This document shows positions 59,172 to 64,000 of a DNA stretch of 64,000 nucleotides, piece by piece. Position numbers and translations under genes: made by a program. Origin of the DNA: an uncultured Cytophagales bacterium (GTDB taxonomy: Bacteria; Bacteroidota; Bacteroidia; Cytophagales; Cyclobacteriaceae); NCBI GenBank assembly GCA_963820995.1, contig CAWGCL010000017.1, positions 4,729 through 68,728 of the forward strand, written 5' to 3'. Numbering within the stretch: position 1 is the stretch's first letter; each line of letters begins with the position of its first letter. A model generated the notes under the pieces. That model was not told where the DNA came from and searched no databases. It was given only the letters and a program-made list of their open reading frames with translations.

Positions 59172-61226
59172 TTATCCAATTCTAAAAGTCAGCCAGTCGG
59201 CAATAATGTTTAATCCTTCCCTCAGGTAAGCATCTTCAACTTCGCTACCTTCAAAAATGACTTCATCTGTCTCGCCCTCCCGGAGTGTTCCATACAGTGC
59301 TTCCCTATCTGCATTCAGTTGTTCGAGTTCTTCCTGTTCATTTTTTCTTTCATCCATGTTCAAACTTAACTCTTTAAGTTCCTGCATTTTCTGAAAGTCA
59401 TTATTCTGGTTTATCAACTCGACAAGATAAGGATCATCCTTCAATCGCTTTTCATGTTCTTTTGCCAGTTTTCTAATGATATGATCATCAATTGAATTCA
59501 TAGTTGTGAATTTTGATGATGAGATCTGGTCCCATGGAAGTGCCGTTGGCAACGCACTCTCACCAAACTCCTCTGCACTGAACCTTGATGGCAATTCAAT
59601 ATCAGGGGTGACGCCTTTATTTTGAGTACTGCTACCCGTAACCCTGTAAAACTTGGCTATTGTCATCTTTACTTGTCCGGGTTTTTCTTCCCATGATGGC
59701 AGAAACCGGTCAATGTCAAGCAGGTTTTGTACGGTTCCTTTACCATAAGATTGCTCGCCAATAACGACTCCCCTTTTATAGTCCTGAATAGCTCCGGAAA
59801 AGATTTCAGATGCGGAGGCTGAAAACCTGTTGATCAATACTCCCAGTGGGCCATCATAATACAATTTGTCATCCTCATCTTCCTGTACATCAACCTTTCC
59901 GGTTGTATTTTTAATCTGAACAACTGGTCCGTCGGGAATGAAAAGTCCGGTAAGTTCAATGGCTTCCGAAAGCGATCCGCCACCATTATTCCTTAAATCA
60001 AGCAGGACTGCATCAATGCTATCGTTCTCTAAACTGCTCAGTAATTTTTTAACATCTTTAGTAGTACTTTTATAGTCAGGATCTCCCTTTCTCAGACCTT
60101 CAAAATCAAGGTAAAAAGAGGGTACGGTAATTACTCCTATTCGGTAAGGCTTACTTCCGCGATAGATGGTCATAACCTCCTGTGTTGGGGCGGCTTCTTC
60201 AATTTTAATTTTATCCCTTACAAGCGATATTTCCACAGGCTTTGCATTTGTCCCATCTTCACCTTTCAAAATTTTCAAACGTATAGTTGATCCTTTGGGG
60301 CCACGAATGATCTTTACCGCCTCATCAAGTCTCCATCCAATAATATCCACCCATTCACCATCTTCTCCCTGGGCAACACCCACGATACGGTCATCCTTCA
60401 CAATAAGTTTACTTTTGAAAGCAGGCCCTCCAGGTAATATATTGGCCACCTTAGTATATTCATTATCGGATTGTAAGCTGGCACCAATTCCTTCAAGACT
60501 CTGGCTCATCCCAATCATAAAGTTATCATAAGTTATTGGAAGGAAATAATTGGTATGTGGGTCAAAGACTTCAGAAACGGAATTCATATAGATTTGAAAA
60601 ACATCGTCGCTTTTAAGTTTCACAAGCCAGTTGAGCAGATTTTCATACCTCTTAGTCAGGTTCTCAGCTACTTTGTCCTTTTCCGTTTCATTCAGTAACC
60701 TGGTCAACTTTTCATTTTTTATATATTTCCTCCAGTATTTATCCAGCTCATCATTGTTGCTGGCCCACTCAGTGTTCTCCCGGTCAATTACAATCACTTC
60801 ATCCTTTGAGTAATCAAACTCTTCCTGGATAAGTTGAATAGCGTACTCAGTCCTGGTTTTATATCTTTCCTGAAATACATTATATATTTCAAATGCTGCA
60901 GTTAAATCACCTGACCTGAGGCCATCATCCATAGTGTACCTGTATTTCTCAAATCCATCTATATCTTCCTGAAGAAAGTAGATTTTATTTGGATCAAAAC
61001 CATCAATATAATTATCAAAAATGATAGATGATAATGAATCATTGATCTGCATTTTCCTGAGATGATATTTTTCAAGAATAGTGGATACTACCATGCTGAC
61101 CTTTTTCTGATGATCAGTAGGCATTAATATTCCTGAATCATTATCATTCGTGTGACTGCTTGTGGCAATCGATATGAACAGAACAACAAATGGCAGGATT
61201 AATCGTCTGATTTTATAATTATTCAT
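59172..61226 (-). CDS. Carboxy-terminal processing (tail-specific) peptidase, S41 family
   Basis: It has a signal peptide, a PDZ-like region, and S41 motifs (LDLRNNGGGSL, SASASEIFSGAIQDY..GKGTVQ). Length is 684 aa. Confidence 0.85.
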   Translation of the reverse strand: MNNYKIRRLILPFVVLFISIATSSHTNDNDSGILMPTDHQKKVSMVVSTILEKYHLRKMQINDSLSSIIFDNYIDGFDPNKIYFLQEDIDGFEKYRYTMDDGLRSGDLTAAFEIYNVFQERYKTRTEYAIQLIQEEFDYSKDEVIVIDRENTEWASNNDELDKYWRKYIKNEKLTRLLNETEKDKVAENLTKRYENLLNWLVKLKSDDVFQIYMNSVSEVFDPHTNYFLPITYDNFMIGMSQSLEGIGASLQSDNEYTKVANILPGGPAFKSKLIVKDDRIVGVAQGEDGEWVDIIGWRLDEAVKIIRGPKGSTIRLKILKGEDGTNAKPVEISLVRDKIKIEEAAPTQEVMTIYRGSKPYRIGVITVPSFYLDFEGLRKGDPDYKSTTKDVKKLLSSLENDSIDAVLLDLRNNGGGSLSEAIELTGLFIPDGPVVQIKNTTGKVDVQEDEDDKLYYDGPLGVLINRFSASASEIFSGAIQDYKRGVVIGEQSYGKGTVQNLLDIDRFLPSWEEKPGQVKMTIAKFYRVTGSSTQNKGVTPDIELPSRFSAEEFGESALPTALPWDQISSSKFTTMNSIDDHIIRKLAKEHEKRLKDDPYLVELINQNNDFQKMQELKELSLNMDERKNEQEELEQLNADREALYGTLREGETDEVIFEGSEVEDAYLREGLNIIADWLTFRIG

Positions 61227-61345
61227 TCTGTAAAAAGAAATTTATACTTGAATTTAAACGAATATATGCTTCAATTGATATAACAAACGTTATAATTGTT
61301 ACTATAATCAACAAAAGTGCCAGATTTTTTTGACATTTCTGGAAT

Positions 61346-61963
61346 ATGGATGTAAAAATGCTCAATAGTGCATTGGGAAATGCTGACCTGATCCTGATCG
61401 ATCAGATTCTTAAAAACCGCTTCCACAAGCAAATGAAGATTCTGGATGCCGGATGCGGGGAAGGACGCAACATGGTTTATTTCATTAACAATGATTTCAA
61501 TATATACGGTATTGATGATAATGCCGATGCTGTAAAAATGGCTAAATTATATTGCAAATCACTGAACAAAACTTTTGAGGTAGAGAACATACAAAATTTT
61601 GCTATTGAAAAAAACCCATTTCCTGATCAGTTTTTCGATGCCATAATCTGTATAAATGTCTTACACTCAGCCAAAAACCAGAATGATTTTTTTAAATGGT
61701 TCGAGCAATTGTTTCGAATGTTGAAATTCAGCGGATTACTGCTGCTTTCAGTACAAAGCCAAATTGGCCTGACCCATAATCATCAACAAAACGATAAAGA
61801 AAGTAGAAATTTTGCGGGAAACGAAGACTTCTATCTTCTAACAGAGAGCGTACTGAAAGAGATCTTGAAACTGGATTATTTAAAAACTTTCGAAAATACC
61901 AGGTCCATCCTGATTGATAATGAAAAAAGCTACACTTATCTTTTCCTGGAAAAGTCCTGTTAG
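61346..61963 (+). CDS. Class I SAM-dependent methyltransferase
   Basis: Motif I is ILDAGCGEGRN. Length is 205 aa. Confidence 0.7.
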   Translation: MDVKMLNSALGNADLILIDQILKNRFHKQMKILDAGCGEGRNMVYFINNDFNIYGIDDNADAVKMAKLYCKSLNKTFEVENIQNFAIEKNPFPDQFFDAIICINVLHSAKNQNDFFKWFEQLFRMLKFSGLLLLSVQSQIGLTHNHQQNDKESRNFAGNEDFYLLTESVLKEILKLDYLKTFENTRSILIDNEKSYTYLFLEKSC

Positions 61964-62241
61964 TTTTTAGTCATTTGAAGGTAGTGCTCCTTATTCAATT
62001 CATCCAGGATCATTAAGGCAATTTCTTCCTTTTCATTCACGATTCTTGGATCTTTTTCAATGGAACAAATGGATGGATTTACACCACACTGAAATGCCTC
62101 CAGAAAATATTCTCCGGCAGACTCCCAAAGAATATCTGACAAAGGCAACTGGCCTTCTTTATCAATTTGAATGGAAGCCAGGGAGATCTCTTGCAGTTCC
62201 TCAAAGCCTTTAATTCTTAAAAAAATCTGAATACTTTTCAT
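61960..62241 (-). CDS. Small hypothetical protein
   Basis: The ORF 61960-62325 has stops convergent with, and overlapping by 4 nt, the methyltransferase gene. I prefer the internal ATG 62241 (MKSIQIFLRIKGFEEL...), because the upstream 28 codons look like AT-rich non-coding sequence. Confidence 0.35.
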   Translation of the reverse strand: MKSIQIFLRIKGFEELQEISLASIQIDKEGQLPLSDILWESAGEYFLEAFQCGVNPSICSIEKDPRIVNEKEEIALMILDELNKEHYLQMTKN

Positions 62242-62353
62242 ACTTAATCTTTTACACTCACAAAAGATTGTATTTGTATCATTTATTATTTTTAATTTAC
62301 AATTAATTATAATTCGAAACAACATATTCAGTCAACATAATCTTTTAGAAAAA

Positions 62354-62785
62354 ATGAATACCAAGAGAATCGCGTTAGTGGCACATGATCATAAAAAACC
62401 ATCAATGGTAAGCTGGGCAAAATCTAACAAAAAGAAACTCCAAAACCATACTTTATATGCTACCGGAACAACAGGGAAAATATTAGAGAAGGCCCTTAAT
62501 ATGACCATTAAAAAGCTGAAAAGTGGCCCGATTGGCGGTGATCAACAGATTGGAGCGTTAATAGCTGATCAGCAAATTGACATGCTGTTCTTCTTCTGGG
62601 ATCCACTTGAGCCACAACCCCATGACCCGGATGTAAAAGCTCTGCTGAGATTGGCTGTCGTATGGAATATCCCTGTCGCCAGCAATATTGCCTCTGCTGA
62701 TTATTTAATAAATTCTCCCCTGTTCGATGGTACTTATGATCGTGAAATTCCTGATTTTACAGATCATATCAATCGTGCAACATGA
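62354..62785 (+). CDS. mgsA: Methylglyoxal synthase
   Basis: It has IALVAHDHKK, LYATGTTG, GPIGGDQQIGA, and WDPLEPQPHDPDVKALLRLAVVWNIPVA. Confidence 0.9.
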   Translation: MNTKRIALVAHDHKKPSMVSWAKSNKKKLQNHTLYATGTTGKILEKALNMTIKKLKSGPIGGDQQIGALIADQQIDMLFFFWDPLEPQPHDPDVKALLRLAVVWNIPVASNIASADYLINSPLFDGTYDREIPDFTDHINRAT

Positions 62786-62835
62786 TGCCTCAACCAAATA
62801 GTAGGGATCAGTTAAAATGAAGGGGATTCATTGGT

Positions 62836-63546
62836 TTATTCCTGCCAGGGATTTGTTGCAAATACTGTCAGTTCGGGGATAAAACCACGGTCATCCATTT
62901 CCAGCGCTGACTTAACAGTATGTGCAATTTCTTCACTTCTAAGTCTGTTATGTCGTTCTGTTCTTTCAATTCTTTCAGTATTTCCGAAAGCGGTAGTAAC
63001 TTCACTGGGATTTATTAAAATTACCCTGACATTATATTTCCGTAGTTCAGCCTGCCAGCATTCTGTCATACCTCTCAAAGCAAATTTGCTCGATGAATAT
63101 ACAGTTCCTCTTTCATACCCTTTTCTGGCCGCAGTTGAGGCAATATTAATTATGTTACCATAATTCTGCTCCTTAAACATTTGAGCAGCATATTTTGCCA
63201 TCATGGCCGCCCCGATTACATTTACCTTATATACATTCAAAAAATCTTCTTCACTGACATCCGTAAGATGGGTAGACCGGCTACCTATTCCAGCATTATT
63301 CACCAGAACATCCAGTTTGCCCCATTTCTCGCGAATAAACTGATAGGTCTTCTCTATATGATCTGCATTTGCAACATCTGCGACAAAAGGTATCGCCCCG
63401 GTTTCTTTAGCTGCTGATTCCAATCTGTTTTGATCACGACCGGTTATGATCACCTCTGCACCGCTTTCAACGAGTATTTTGGCAGTAGCTTTTCCAATGC
63501 CAAGACTACCACCTGTAATGAGAATTTTTGAACTTTGTATTTTCAT
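62836..63546 (-). CDS. SDR-family oxidoreductase
   Basis: It has TGGSLGIG (the TGxxxGIG motif), NNAG, and a YSSSK catalytic tetrad context. Length is 236 aa. Confidence 0.85.
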   Translation of the reverse strand: MKIQSSKILITGGSLGIGKATAKILVESGAEVIITGRDQNRLESAAKETGAIPFVADVANADHIEKTYQFIREKWGKLDVLVNNAGIGSRSTHLTDVSEEDFLNVYKVNVIGAAMMAKYAAQMFKEQNYGNIINIASTAARKGYERGTVYSSSKFALRGMTECWQAELRKYNVRVILINPSEVTTAFGNTERIERTERHNRLRSEEIAHTVKSALEMDDRGFIPELTVFATNPWQE

Positions 63547-63580
63547 GATTGAACCATTTAAGGTGAAAGATTATTAACTA

Positions 63581-64000
63581 TTAATTTATTATCCTGAATA
63601 CAGGATATTGTTTATACGATTTTTCGAAGTATTCCGAATGTCTGTATATATAATCTAACTGAGCCCGGGAATTGTTTCTGAAATTTTCATCCAGACGTCT
63701 TTTTTCGTTTATAGAATCTCTTAACCACGGCTTTTCATTTAGAATCCTCTCAGCTGTATCTTCAAATACGTAATCCGAAAAGTGTTCTTTCTGCTGAAGA
63801 ACAGGATCAAAGAAATTCCATTTAAAGAATGAATCCTCTGCTTCCGGTTCCAGGGTTTCTAATATATACCGCATGCCAGCTTGCGCTACAGGCACATAAT
63901 AATCTCCCTTCCGAATCTTGACCGGTATTTTTACTGTTTTCACAGAGGTGCCGTAATGGGGATAATGTCCTTCATAAGGAAATTGATAGGTTTTGTAATC
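63581..64000 (-). CDS. C-terminal part of a larger protein, possibly an M14-family carboxypeptidase. The 5' end lies beyond the window.
   Basis: The frame stays open past the track's GTG to position 64000 (DYKTYQFPYEGHYPHYGTSVKTVKIP...). The tail FFKWNFFDPVLQQKEHFSDYVFED is recalled from Bacteroidetes M14 peptidases. The assignment is weak. Confidence 0.4.
   Translation of the reverse strand, partial: DYKTYQFPYEGHYPHYGTSVKTVKIPVKIRKGDYYVPVAQAGMRYILETLEPEAEDSFFKWNFFDPVLQQKEHFSDYVFEDTAERILNEKPWLRDSINEKRRLDENFRNNSRAQLDYIYRHSEYFEKSYKQYPVFRIIN

Noticed and set aside
62831-63417. Plus-strand ORFs of 110 aa and 78 aa opposite the SDR gene
   Set aside because: They are antisense to an SDR with intact TGxxxGIG, NNAG and YxxxK motifs. 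No independent support exists.
1-64000. A search for mobile elements, prophage or defence islands, tRNA/rRNA genes and CRISPR arrays
   Set aside because: I recognised no transposase, integrase, recombinase, restriction-modification, toxin-antitoxin or Cas-like proteins. No intergenic region has tRNA-like GC-rich cloverleaf sequence. I saw no long terminal inverted or direct repeats. The gene content is consistent with core chromosome.

Overview
The window looks like a chromosomal, mostly housekeeping segment of a low-GC Bacteroidota-type genome. Supporting signs are a PorU-like T9SS sortase, a cargo protein with a Por-secretion C-terminal domain, a TonB-dependent receptor, OmpA/PD40 envelope proteins and TAnnTTTG-type -7 boxes. 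I count about 50 protein genes. I saw no rRNA, tRNA, CRISPR array, transposase, integrase or phage genes. Recognisable blocks, left to right:
- porU (partial), pssA, and a large outer-membrane protein gene
- two OmpA-family genes
- pnuC plus an NadR-type kinase
- two tandem TPP riboswitch aptamers leading into a TonB-dependent receptor
- a ccmBCDEF System I cytochrome c maturation cluster whose CcmE carries CPSKY instead of HxxxY, followed by a DUF3179 lipoprotein
- a TolB-like/amidohydrolase fusion gene
- a speA-speB-deoxyhypusine-synthase-like operon
- tpx, cysK, polA
- a PLP enzyme plus an ALDH7-type dehydrogenase
- gltBD, argD, an S41 protease and mgsA

The points most worth a second look are the tandem TPP aptamers; six single-base reading-frame interruptions in four conserved genes, all needing a +1 shift; the variant ccm cluster with its DUF3179 neighbour; and the polyamine operon with a DHS-like enzyme. 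I found no clear defence island, mobile island or novel multi-gene system. All protein calls rest on motif recognition by eye, with no database search, so family names are hypotheses graded by confidence.
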